Assembly: GCF_021028975.2 (NCBI RefSeq)
Contig: NC_059426.1
Span: 78,678,001-78,742,000 of the forward strand
Reading direction: 5' to 3'
Source: Sphaerodactylus townsendi
Taxonomy: Eukaryota
DNA: 64,000 nucleotides
Shown: piece after piece, positions 13,279 through 25,666 of the stretch
How the letters are laid out: every line of letters starts with the position of its first letter
Numbering within the stretch: the first letter of the stretch is position 1
The notes under the pieces: generated by a model
The model's input: the letters and a program-made list of their open reading frames with translations, nothing else
Told to the model about the DNA's origin: nothing
Databases searched by the model: none
Program-made: the position numbers and the translations under genes

Positions 13279-14531
13279 ACTAGAGTGTTGGACTCACTAG
13301 TAAGACCCAGGGTTATGTGTCATTTTTCCCTTTTCAAGCTAATAACAGTTTAGCACTCCTTCCACATTAGTGCTTTTCTGATCAAATCAGGAGCCCCTGC
13401 AGCTACTTTGAATGGGCAAATCTAATTATGAGTTTCTTGCACCATATCTTTGATTGCTGGGTGATCTTGGGCTTCTCTCTCTCTTACTCAACCCCCCTCA
13501 CGAGATAATTTTTGTAAGGTAGAATTGGATGAAGCCTTCTTGGAATTTCCCAAATGAGTTAAAGTTTTGTTAAAATTATAGCATACTTGTACCCAGGCAT
13601 ATTAATTGTGCAGTACATACGAAAGAGAGAAAAATGTATTACACAACTCGTTTTCCTTTTTAATGAATGAAACTGTAAGAAATCTTTTTGCCAAACCCTG
13701 ATTGAAATTTGGTGAGGTCATTAAGTGTCAGATAAAATTGCTTTAAGAGCCAGATTTAGAAAACAGATAGCATGGGGGTTAACCATCCTTCTTTTTAAAC
13801 CCACAGTAAGCTATCATAGTATCAACCATTTGTTGTTCATTACATTCTCTGTTGAATTCCTCTGCAGAGCAAGAGCTCCAGAGAACTGCTTCTGACCTGC
13901 TAGTTCTAGTTGACATTTCTGAACAGATAGAATTTGATCAAATTGGCTTCAGACTTCATAATTTGAACCTTCCATGTGAATGTACTGATTTCATTATGGT
14001 CAAAACCCAGCTGCATTTTGGAAATGGTATTTGAGAAGTGAATGACTAAATTTTAATGTTTTCAATTTTGCATTAGCTAAAACTAGAACCTACTGCAAGT
14101 ACATAATTTTCCCTTACTTTGTATTCTTTCCTCTTTTTCTCTGGCATACATATCCAGTTTTCATTTTCAGTTGAAATTGCCTTTACCTTTCCACTGTGCT
14201 CAAAGTCTGTGCTCCATTTTAATCAGAATGTGAGAGTATGCAAGTTTAACTGTTGTGAGAATGTTAAACATCAGCTTCAGAATTTTATATTCCAGAGGAG
14301 TAGATGTGCTAGTCTTGTTATCAAACCGGACCCAGAGAAGGGAAAATTAGCTTTAAAAAGGGTTCCAGAAAGGAAAAACATGAGACCTTGCAGGCTCTGT
14401 ATACAAGGATGGCTCTCAGTAGGAGTACCCTAAAGTAAGATTATGAAGAGAGTGAGGGGGAGTGATTCTAAACACAAACTACTGTATATTAAATGAATTA
14501 ATGAATGAACCTAAACTGAGCACCTGAGAAC

Positions 14532-14794
14532 NNNNNNNNNNNNNNNNNNNNNNNNNNNNNNNNNNNNNNNNNNNNNNNNNNNNNNNNNNNNNNNNNNNNN
14601 NNNNNNNNNNNNNNNNNNNNNNNNNNNNNNNNNNNNNNNNNNNNNNNNNNNNNNNNNNNNNNNNNNNNNNNNNNNNNNNNNNNNNNNNNNNNNNNNNNNN
14701 NNNNNNNNNNNNNNNNNNNNNNNNNNNNNNNNNNNNNNNNNNNNNNNNNNNNNNNNNNNNNNNNNNNNNNNNNNNNNNNNNNNNNNNNNNNNNN
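14532..14794. other. Assembly gap (N run)
   Basis: 263 consecutive N. Confidence 1.
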
Positions 14795-15389
14795 AAAGGA
14801 AGAAGAAAATAAATTGTGAAGTTTTAGGGAAGGGTCATCCAACTTTAAAGCTGAGGCTTAAGGTATGGTGGAGTCTGGGAGTAGTTGCAGCTGAGGTCCA
14901 AGCAGCAGAGCCTGGCAAAGCAAGGAGGAAAAGCCGGCAGAGTGCAGCGGGGGTTTTCAGAAGGAAACCTGAGTTCTGACCAGCAGAGATCTGGACCACA
15001 GCATTGAGGAATCAGGAGTTAGTTCTTGAACTAGCAATGTCCTTGGGCTGGTCCAGTGATAGATGTCAGGATATTGGATGATGTCTTCTGTGTTGAAAAG
15101 TCTTTTGCTATTGAGAAGATTTTTCCACTGAGCTGAAGAGACTGTGCTTTTTCTGCTTTCCTTGCAGCAACACCTTTAATCTTCATTCCTTGGATTTTTC
15201 GGTGTCATGGATAAACCCAGGTGCCTTATGATATTCCCCAAGTTTTAGACTTTCTGGCACTTAGGCTCTAAAAAAGAATGTCTATTAAGTCCAAAATAAG
15301 TGGAAATCCTACTGTCCGTGAGGTCTTGGCTGGAGGATGCGGGGTCCTCCCAGTCTGTTGCAGCAAAAACAAGTGCCTCCTGGCACTTT

Positions 15390-15915
15390 TATTTTATTTA
15401 TTTATTTATTTATTAAACTTTTATACCGCCCCATCCTCTAGGGGCTCTGGGCGGTGTACAGCATAAAACATGGTAAAACAAGTCACTAAAATCTTTAAAA
15501 CAGCGGTAACAAACATTAATAGTAATCCATAAAATAGCTTAAAACTCATAAAACAGCAAAAAAACCATAATACATAATAAAAGGCGTCCGACCCCAATTC
15601 CACTTAAAACCTCACTACCCTCCATGAGGGGATGGCAGGAAGTTCCCTCAATATGAGGGGGACTCCTGATGTAACTGCCCTAGGGAACGCAGGGGCAGTA
15701 AGAGGGTACCATATCAGCAGCTGGACACTCCAAAGGCCCGGTGGAACAACACAGTCTTACAGGCCCTGCGGAACTCACCCAGGTCCCGCAGGGCCCGGAC
15801 AGCTGGAGGAAGGGTGTTCCACCAGGCCGGGGCCAGTGCCGTAAAGGTCCTGGCCCGCGTGGAGGCCAGCCGCATCATAGAGGGGCCGGGGGCCACCAGT
15901 AAGTTGGCCTCTGCA
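15390..15915 (-). mobile_element. L2 LINE 3' fragment
   Basis: Minus ORF APGPSMMRLASTRARTFTALAPAWWNTLPPAVRALRDLGEFRRACKTVLFHRAF matches the C-terminus of the 10276-12556 L2; (ttta)n tail on the + strand at ~15390-15415. Confidence 0.92.
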
Positions 15916-15934
15916 GATGAGCTGATTTATTTCA

Positions 15935-16008
15935 GCATGAGGTTTTGCAGACTAGAGGCCACTATACATGTCTGATGAAGTGGGCTCTAGTCCACAAAAA
16001 TCTTATGC
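15935..16008. mobile_element. Palindromic Penelope-derived element with decayed hammerhead arms
   Basis: Inverted arms gcatgaggttttgcagactagaggccact and agtgggctctagtccacaaaaatcttatgc. The right arm reads CTGATGA-a-GTGGGC-tcta-GTCCAC-aAAA, with the GAAA core mutated. Confidence 0.6.
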
Positions 16009-19000
16009 TAAAAGGCATCTATTGAGATTTGTGGCACCTTATTGATTTGTCTTCAGATTGTTCTGTTATTTTTCACACTTTATCTTCTATAGCCTTCATA
16101 ACTATCTTCCTCTATCCCTTTTCTGTATTGGATTATCTGACTTCATATTAAGATCCAATTAAATTGAACAGAGATTACTAATGCTAATGAATCAGGTCAT
16201 TGATCTTTCTAGCCCAGTACAGTCTAGCGTTATCTAGCCCAGCACTGAGTCTGATACTGTCTAAGGAGCAATTTCTGCTCCTTGTTCTTCTTACTCAAGG
16301 CCCTTCCCTCACCTACACAGTTATTCCTCTGTGCAGTCCTGTTACCTGAATTGTTCTGGCCTGCTCCTTTTAGTTTGGGGAATTTGAGCGGAACAGACCT
16401 TACAATGCGAGAGGCTGGACAGGGATCTTACACCTGTGTTTTATAGATGTCTTTCCCTTTAGAAATCCACACAAAACCAGTAGAGAGAGGTGAAGGATAG
16501 AAGAGGGCAATGAGAGAATGGTGATATTTACTGATCTAAAAGAGGTCCAAGGAAGTGAGGTCCGGCACTAGCATTATTTACAGGAAAATGACATTGGGCA
16601 CAATGAAGCAAGGTCCAACTGTGAACCAAGGTTCTAAGTTGCCTTTGGTTGGAAGGTCTAGTTATAGGAAAAGTTAACCCTCTGGCAATAATGAGAGGGG
16701 CTCCAAAGCAGAGTTCCATTCCCAAGCAGGTACAATGCTATGGAAAAAGGCTTGAGTGGTTAAAATCTGGGAGCACACATTTCCTGATTAGGTTTAGGTT
16801 GCATTGAAGGTATTAGGACCAGAATGAGAAAGACCATTCTGGCTAGAAAGACCAATGACCTGATTCATTAGCACTAGTAATCTCTGTTCATTTTAAATCA
16901 GAATGAGCCTAGAAGGCTGGACAAAGAAACTTCAGAAGGTTGATGGTTCTTTGATAGTTGGACAAGGGATTTAAGATTAAATTAACATTTGGAGGGTTCA
17001 GGATGAGCTAGCTGGACTCAAGGCTGCGCTGTTCTTATTCACATCCAAGTTGCTGAGCCTTCAGGAAAGGCATTGTCTACTGCTATGCATACTTGATTGA
17101 GAGGGGGAAAGCACATTCAGGCAAACCCCTCTTAGTATAAAAGTCCAAGAATTAAGATGGCATCTATCTAAGTGCAAACTATCTATGATGCCAAAACATG
17201 GCTGGAAGGGCATTTTAGAAAATGCCCCACCTTTCTTGGATCTGTCTGCCAACAGTCCCATGACCTAATGAGTAATCTTTCCAAGGGCTGAAAGGGACTA
17301 TAAAAGCAGAGAAGAAAGAGGGGAAACATGGTGTGTGCTGTGCACAGAGTGGCATAATATTACCCAACAAGTACTTTGCTGAATAAGAAAGCAGGAATCA
17401 AAACCACTCTTCTATATTTAAAACTATAATAATTGTTTTGACTTCATGTAATGAATTTACAGAGGTTGCAACACTCTTATACCAAATATGCAACTGAAAC
17501 GCTAATAGTTTCTTACCAGAATATATTTATTTATTCACAAAACCAATGTTCCTTCTTTCTACCCTGACAAGGTATACAAAGTATCATGGTTGTGAATGAA
17601 AATGGTCAACCAGAATCAAGAACCATGACAACCTGAGCCCTACCACATGACAAATGCATTTTTAATAATAGTGACCAAAATACTTTAAATACTTGGACAT
17701 TTGTTTTGATACTTAGCCATTACTTATGATTTATGAAGGTCAGATACTTTATGTTAGTTGACAAGATAATATTCAGAGCAAAAGCTGCAGCAGATGGTAC
17801 TGCTGAATAACACACTGACATTTGGAAAATGGGGAAAGGTGCTGGGAGTACAATGCAATGGATCTATCTCTGGCATTCTGGTAGGGATGAGCTGGCTGTC
17901 ACAAGGCTGGGAACCAAAGTAAGTCCTAAGACCAAAATCAAAGGCAGAACTATATAATCTTGAATTCCTGAATCTAATAGTATTTCCACACTACCTTAGG
18001 AACTCTAGGCAGCAGTTTGACAACCACAGTTCTAAAATTGTCCAAAAGGGATCACTGGGTAGGAAGCAGCTCACACAAACATATGTAATATTTTCATGGG
18101 GGAGGGGGGAACAGGAATAAATGACAAGGATAAACAAACTGTTAGCCTGCAACTGCACCACAAGAGGCTTGAACTTCTGACGCAAGACCTGCTAGAATAT
18201 TCCAGAAATTGAGATCAAACTAGGAGGACCCCAGTCCTTACATGTCTAGATCTTGAAGTCCAAAGCCCTGGGTTTCAGGATAGAACTTCATATGTGTAGT
18301 TCTATTATTCTTTTTACTACTGTTTTTGATTTTATAAGAAAAGCAGATTCTAGAACTGTGTTTTTAAGATTGGCATGGGAGGAGGGTCAACTTACCCCTT
18401 TGAGCCATTTTCCCATTAAAATTGCCCACTTACAAGCTTTAGCCTTGTTGGGAAAAATAAGTATCTGTAAGTGGTCCCCAGAAGGGTTAAAAACAGTTTG
18501 TGGGATGGATATGGGGGAAAGGGGAGAGGTTAAGTATCTCTTCTCCCTTGTACTCTCCACTTCCAATTGCAGCCCTAGCAGTTTTGTAATTAAAAAAAAA
18601 TTCAATTACTCATAATATGTCATTTGACCTTCAGTTTATCATTGAAACAAGAGGTGTTATCGTAGAATATAAACTTTACACTTTTCTTCTCCAAATTATA
18701 ATCAATATATCTAATTTTGAGCATAGCCCTTGAACATGGATAAAAAAATCTCTGCGATGAGGCCAGGTTTGCAGAAAAATTCAAAAAGAAAAATATGAAG
18801 TGAACTCAAATTCTCCCAAACCAGAGCATGCCAACTGAGCTCTCATGAAAGATTGCAATTGTGGGGTTACCTAGCAACTGAAATGGTCATTCTTGGCCTA
18901 GACAACTTCAGCATGGCTGCAGTCTTAGGGGAAAGTAACAAAAGTGAGGAGAACAACAGAAAGCGCTGAGCAGGCTGAATGAGTGAAAAATGCAGGGTAA

Positions 19001-19302
19001 AGAGGAGGGGGAAAGGGAGGAGAGTGAGCTGGGACACAGGGGAGAGAGGGGGCTAAGAACAGGGAGGGGGACAGTTTTGGGGTGAGATTTCCCTCTCTTG
19101 TGGGTTTTATGGGTCCCAGTTTATCTGTTTATAACTCAATTAAACTCCATGCATCAACCACCCATGCTTCCCTCCTGCATAGTGGGAAAAAACATGCTGG
19201 AAGTTAATGAAGAAAATCACAACAATTCTTTTGTGGTGTAAGCAAGGGTAGCGGTGATTTTAGTGTGCTGAGTTTTGTAGCTGTTTAGCTTCTTATACAC
19301 TA

Positions 19303-20044
19303 CTAGCGGGGCCTGGCCATGCGTTGCTGTGGCTTATTGTGGTGAAATGGGAAAGGAAGAGTAGCAGCAAATCAATTGCAGAGGCCAGCAGTACGTGCTC
19401 ATTGAAACGTGCAGGCTGATACTGTGCGATGTCATTGATGTTTGTGACCGCATCCTCCCTCACTTCTCTTCCCTTGCATGGCACCCCTCCCCCTACCTAC
19501 CTCCCCTTTCCCTTTGCTAGAGTGGGTGGGTCATATCCAGATGCTGTGCCCCCTTCCTCCCCTCCCTTACATGCCACTCCTCACTCTCTGTCCCCTCCCT
19601 CACTTCTCTTCCCTTGCATGCCTCCCCCTCCGTCCCTTCCCTCGCCCTCTGCTGAATGTGTATGAGAGTAGGTGTGTTTTGTGGTAGCAGTGGGTGAGGC
19701 ACAGAGAGTGAAAGGTACCTGCATGTGAGGGAGGGGAACTCCACCTGGTCTCTCACATGGCAACGTGTGTATGTGTTTCAAGTCCACTCGAGTTATTGCC
19801 TATTTCACTGCTCATATCTGGCCATCTGAGCAAACATTCTAAGGGCACGAACATTCTAAGGGTGACAGTTACACACAGGCAGCTTCATGGCTGGCTCAGG
19901 TGTGTTGTCTGACAGCGGAAGGTACGTAAGAACACAGTCGGGGGAGTGAGTAAGTGTCTGTGAAATTTTCAGAGTGTTTGGGCCAGCAGGTGCAGGGTTA
20001 TTCTCAAAGCAACGAACACATGGTTCCATTTTTATATATAGAGA
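19303..20044 (-). mobile_element. Non-autonomous Helitron with complete termini
   Basis: Minus strand reads A|TCTCTATATATAAAAATGG at the 5' end and ...GCCACAGCAACGCATGGCCAGGCCCCGCTAG|T at the 3' end (subterminal hairpin plus CTAG). Inserted between A and T with no TSD. Confidence 0.88.
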
Positions 20045-20988
20045 TTCCAAATCATAGCCAGATTTTGAAGCTCAGAATTGCATCAGCATTCCACAGTGTC
20101 ACTGTGTTTCAAACTGATTTTTCAAGCCAGTAAAGAGAATGTGGGATGGCACGCTAAACAATTAGTTTCAAAGAGCTTTTAATTTTTAATCACCACACAC
20201 AGTTTATCATCTTCAGGGCTGCAAGGAGTGGCAGCTGTAATTCTCTCTGATTTACTCGATCCATACATCAGAAACTCATTTTATTCCTCAGGGCTATGGG
20301 AAATCTTGATGCAATGGGACAAAAGAGAAATAAATGACTCTTGGACGAAATGCCGGAGTGTTAAAACAAAAATACTGCAAGCAATAGATTTTGTTGTAAA
20401 CTAATGCCAGGAGACCCGTCAAGGAGAAGCAGCTGTTGCGTGATGTGTTATTACTTATGGTGGTGAAGTCTGCGTGCCTGGCTGAAGTGCTGTTTGTTTG
20501 GAACAAAGGGTGAATGCGGCTTGGAAGCAAAGCAGGCAAGAGGAAGAGCACAGTTGGTGGGAGAACGGATTATCTTCCTAGAGCTTGGCACGCATATCAT
20601 GGCAGCTTGCAAGTGACTTCTTCATGCTCTTCTTATGTGTTCGTTTGTTTAATTAACGTGTTTGTAACTGGCCCTTCCTATTGCTCAGAGCATCTTTCAA
20701 TAAAATATAGAAACAAATTCATAAATTCTACTTAAAGGATAGTTGAAAATAAAAAATTTACAGGACAGAATAAAACATTTTCAACAGTGTACCTTCCAGA
20801 CAACCCATCATCCTTCCATGTAAAGGCCTTTACTAACACATAGACCTTGTATGACTCAGGAGAGAAAAATACAAGCACATCTCTGAGAGGAGGTCATTCT
20901 ACAACTCTGGAGTAACAACAAAGAAGGCCCTATACCTTGCAGGAGATGTTCAGACTTCCCCAAATGAGACGATATGTATTGCGAAATT

Positions 20989-21275
20989 GAAGAAAAAGAT
21001 TTATATCCCCCTTTCTCTCCTGTAGGAGACTCAAAGGGGCTTACAATCTCCTTGCCCTTCCCCCCTCACAACAAACACCCTGTGAGGTGGGTGAGGCTGA
21101 GAGAGCTCCAAGAAGCTGTGACTAGCCCAAGGTCACCCAGCTGGCATGTGTGGGAGTGTATAGGCTAATCTGAATTCCCCAGATAAGCCTCCACAGCTCA
21201 AGTGGCAGAGCGGGGAATCAAACCCGGTTCCTCCAGATTAGAGTACACCTGCTCTTAACCACTACGCCGCTGCTG
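20989..21275 (-). mobile_element. tRNA-derived CORE SINE (Squam3-like)
   Basis: Minus-strand head with A box ggcgtagtggttaag and B box gggtttgattccc, CORE motif gggtgaccttgggctagtcac...ctctctcagcctcacccacctcacaggg, and a (ctt)n-like tail. Sits in an old L2 remnant. Confidence 0.85.
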
Positions 21276-22664
21276 CTGCTGCTTGAACCCCTGAAGATGA
21301 TCTCAATAGGCATGTGGGCTCTTACAAGGAATTTAGACTAAGGCCAAGTGGTACTATTGCACTCTTCAATATAGTCAGCCTCCCAACAGATGCTGTAAAA
21401 GGACATAGAAGGAGCTTTCTGACAGACTGGTCAGCAGTTCCTTCTTAGAATGCATTGACTTTACTTTCGACCTCCTCTGGCATTCTCCCCCCCACCCTTT
21501 GTCTTTTTCATCTCTGACTGTTCAAATTCTTCTGCCTGTTGGCTTCTGACTCTACTATGCTGCCTGTATTCCTGATTGTCCCTTGGAGCAGACACAGCTC
21601 TTTATTGTATCCAGGCCCACAGGCCTTCCATCTCCAGTCCAGGTGGGTAACAAATGCTTGCCACCTATGCCAGTTCCCTCTGGATATAGCAAAAAGCCAG
21701 ACCTGCGTTTGTGCTGTGTTGCTGCCCCTGGCTCAGTAGACATGATGCAAAATTAAAACAAGGGCAGGAGCTGGATGTGCACCGTCGTGAGTGCAACAGT
21801 GGCATACTTTGAGCTTGCTTTTGGGCATACGTGCCAAAAACAGTTGGCTACTGCTAATCTGTTTGATGTTCCTTTGCTTTGTGTCATGTATTCTTCACCC
21901 GTGAAAAGGGAACAACTGACTTTACTTCTTGGTTCTGATTGAATCTTGAGAGCTAGGAATACACTTTCAGCTCATGGCTTAACAGTCTGTAGCTGTAGGT
22001 CCATGTCTGCTGTCAAGAGTTCAGTGTTAGCACATAATCTCTGTTGGGAGCTAACTTCTCTTTGATGACTATGAAATCAGATAAGCTTGGATAGAATCCT
22101 TATTACCACTTAAAACAATCTGGTTTAGATACTAATGCTTCTGAAGGGAATGTGTGAAAACCTTTTCATTTTAGCTAATGATGTGGAGGATTTAACTGTT
22201 GTTGGGACTTAAGGGAATCTTGTTTTCTCACACATAGAGTAGTATGAGCTACATTTCCACTGGGTGAGAAGATGAATAGGAGAGGTGTTTGGCTAATTCG
22301 TTCTAATCTCTGCCCCCACCATCCTTGGGGAGCAAGCTGGTATGAGACAAATCTTGCTATGCAAATAAAAATTAGAAAAGCGTCTGCTTAAAGTTGGTTT
22401 TTAAATTCTTGTATCATGAACTGTTCCTTAAATGGGAAAGAAATGGAAGTTGTACAATGCCTTAATTTTATTTATTACACTTTATCTGGGAAATTGTACT
22501 AATTTGCATGAGTAACAGTCATTAGAGGTCATTGCATCAGTCTAGGACTGAAGAGATCTGAATTCAAAACCATTGGCACAACCACATATACACGTCCTTT
22601 CCAGACCCTATGGAGACTTCTGGGTAACACTGGTCTCTTTGCTTTGGTCCTTAGCCAGTGCAGT

Positions 22665-22990
22665 CTGGCGATAGGCTTAGGAAAATATTTTTTATATTTT
22701 TCTGGCGGTAACACTATTAAATTTGATAAAGAGCTTCTGGTGAGTGACTATATCAAAAGCTTTTTGGATGTTTGAGTATATAAGATTTGCTGATTCACCC
22801 TTGTTTACTCCTCTGTTGACCCTCTGAAAGAATTCTAAAACACTGGTGAAACAGTGCTTCTCTTTCACCAATCGTTCTGGCTTGTCCTCAAGAAGGCACA
22901 TTCTTCTTTATGTATTTAACAATTCTGGTTTTAATATTGCTTTCTACCAATTTTGCCTAGAGCAGACAGTAGGTTGACAGAGCTATAATC
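22665..22990 (-). mobile_element. Old CR1 ORF2 fragment
   Basis: Minus-strand translation ...CFTSVLEFFQRVNRGVNKGESANLIYSNIQKAFDIVTHQKL resembles the CR1 RT motif (VDIVYLDFQKAFDKVPH). Confidence 0.8.
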
Positions 22991-22991
22991 C

Positions 22992-23035
22992 TGTGTGTGT
23001 GTGTGTGTGTGTGTGCGTGCGTGCGTGCATGCGTG

Positions 23036-23068
<33 letters not shown>
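22992..23068. repeat. Compound microsatellite (TG)n(TGCG)n(GA)n
   Basis: Direct reading of the sequence. Confidence 0.95.
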
Positions 23069-23071
<3 letters not shown>

Positions 23072-23570
23072 AGCTTTATCCATTACATATTCCTTACAGG
23101 GTCTGTTCAGGTATGTTGATGAGAGCATCATGGTTATGACCTCAGGCTTTTGCTGGGCTGCATTCTGGAATGTCCAAATTGCTCCCATGGAAATAATAGA
23201 AAACTTTCACATGTTAAAACTGTGGGTACATTGTAACATGGTGAATAGAAACAGCCTCTGGCAGTGTGGTATGGCTCCAGTTGTATGGACCTTCCCAATC
23301 AATAGCCCCTTTGCAAGGAGATTTTTTGTTGGGGTTGTTAGAAGGTCAGCATCTTAGAACTAATCGCTTCTTAAAGTTGCCAGGGTATGTGATAAATTTG
23401 AGCATTAGAGGTACAACAATATAGAGTTATTTAAAGAGAATGGGGCCAGCAGCTGCTGTTACAAATACTATAAATGCTATTACAATAATATTATGTTGTA
23501 AAAAAGTACTTTATTATCCTTGTTAGTTAAGATTGTAAGAGAATATCCTCACAGAAAATTAGCCAGAATT

Positions 23571-23710
23571 GTCAAAGGCTCTCACGGCTGGATTCAGCTG
23601 GTTCTGGTGGGTTTTCCGGGCTGTGTGGCCGTGGTCTGGTGGATCTTGTTCCTAACGTTTCACCTACATCTGTGGCTGGCATCTTCAGAGGTGTGTCACA
23701 GAGGGAAGTC
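23571..23710 (-). mobile_element. Penelope-like element terminal fragment (second subfamily) with hammerhead motif
   Basis: Shares ttccgggctgt.tggccgtg...cgtttc.cct.catctgtggctggcatcttcagagg with 43163-43258; minus strand reads CCT-CTGAAGA-T-GCC...GGT-GAAA-CG-TT-AGG at 23651-23691. Confidence 0.75.
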
Positions 23711-24113
23711 ATAGACAAATAAATGGATGTGAAATACAGCTGAATAGAATGATAGGCTTTTCTCAGAAACACCCTATGTATAATGCATGACAAGTATTAG
23801 CTGCTTTTCTGGATGCAAAGGGGCTTACTTATAACTGAGTAAGCAGTTTGTATGGATCCTAATCTGATAACAAACACATGAGCCACTGATTAGATGCATT
23901 TTCAAGACAATACAAATCATTTAGATGCACCCAGACTGTTAGGATGAACAATGAGGCAGTTTCTCCTGCTGCTGTTGTATAGCATGTACAAAACTAAATT
24001 CTCCAATTGTATGCTTATATTAGTAATTATTTGGGATTACTTTGTTTAAATGGTGGACAGTCAATCGAAGAATATGCATTTCAAGTTTGAGTAATTCACT
24101 TTCTAACCTCTTT

Positions 24114-25666
24114 ATAAGAACATAAGAAAGAGCCTGCTGGATCAGACCAAAGTCCATGTAGTCCAGCACTCTGCTACTCGCAGTGGCCCACCAGGTGCCT
24201 TTGGGAGCTCACATGCAGGATGTGAAAGCAATGGCCTTCTGCTGCTGCTCCCCCCCGAGCATCTGGTCTGCTAAGGCATTTCTAATCTCAGATCAAGGAG
24301 GATCAAGATTGGTAGCCATACATCGACTTCTCCATAAATCTGTCCAAGTCCCTTTTAAAGCTATCCAGGTTAGTGGCCACCACCACCTCCTATGGCAACA
24401 TATTCCAAACTTCACACATTGTGTGAAGAAATGTTTCCTTTTATTAGTCCTAATCCCCCCCCCCCCAGCTTTTTCAATGTATGCCCTCTGGTTCTAGTAT
24501 TGTGAGAAAGAGAGAAAAATTTCTCTGTTAACATTTTCTATCCCATGCATAATTTTATAGACTTCAATCACATCCCCCCTCAGACGTCTCCTCTCCAAAC
24601 TAAAGAGTCCCAAACGCTGCAGCCTCTCCTCATAAGGAAGGTGCTCCAATCCCTCAATCATCCTCATTGCCCTTTTCTGCACTTTTTGTATCTCTTCGAT
24701 ATCCTTTATGAGATGTGGTGGCCAGAATTGAACACAGTACTCCAAGTGCGGTCGCACCACTGCTTTATATAAGGGCATGACAATCTTTGCAGTTTTATTC
24801 TCAATTCCTTTCCTAATTATCCCCAGCAAAGAGTTTGCCTTTTTCACAGCTGCCATGCATTGAGTTGATATTCCCATGGAACTATCAACTAAGATGCCCA
24901 AATCCCTTTCCTGATCTGTGACTGATAGCACTGACCCCTATAGCGTGTATGTGAAGTTTGAATTTTCCCCCCCTATGTACATCACTTTACATTTTTTTAC
25001 ATTGAACTGCATTTGCCTTTTCTTAACCCACTCACCTTATTTATAAAGGTCCGCTTGGAGTTCTTCACAATCCTTTGAGGTACACCCTACATAATTTGGT
25101 ATCATCTGCAAACTTGGCCACCACGCTACCTACCCCTACTTCCAGGTCATTTATGAATAGGTTAAAGAGCACTGGTCCCAAAATGGATCCTTGGGGGACA
25201 CCACTCCCTACATCTCTCCATTGGGAGAACTTCCCATTTACACCCACCCTTTGCTTCCTGTTTCTCAACCAGTTTTTAATTCATAGGAGGACTTCCCCTC
25301 TTATTCCTTGATTGCTGAGTTTTCTCAAACGTCTCTGGTGAGGAACTTTGTCAAAAGCCTTTTGGAAATCCAAGTAGACAATGTCCACTGTTTCCCCCTT
25401 ACCCACATGCCTGTTTACATCCCCAAGAACTCTAGTAAGTTTGTGAGACAGGACTTGCCTCTGCAAAAGCCATGCTGACTCTTCCTCAGCAGGTCTTGCT
25501 TTTCTACATGTTTAATAATTTTATCTTTAATGATAGATTCTACTAATTTGCCAGGAACAGATGTCAAACTGACTGGCCTGTAATTTCCTGGGTCCCCCCT
25601 AGATCCTTTCTTAAAGATTGGTGTGACATTGGCCATCTTCCAGTCTTCAGGGATGGAGGCTGATTT
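24114..25666 (-). mobile_element. 5'-truncated CR1 LINE (RT to 3' end)
   Basis: Minus ORFs give [71 protein letters not shown] and [12 protein letters not shown]; (ttcttatg)n-type tail; possible TSD ctcttt (24108-24113, 25667-25672). Confidence 0.95.

Noticed and set aside
14498-14842. ORF spanning the N run
   Set aside because: Artefact of translating the assembly gap.
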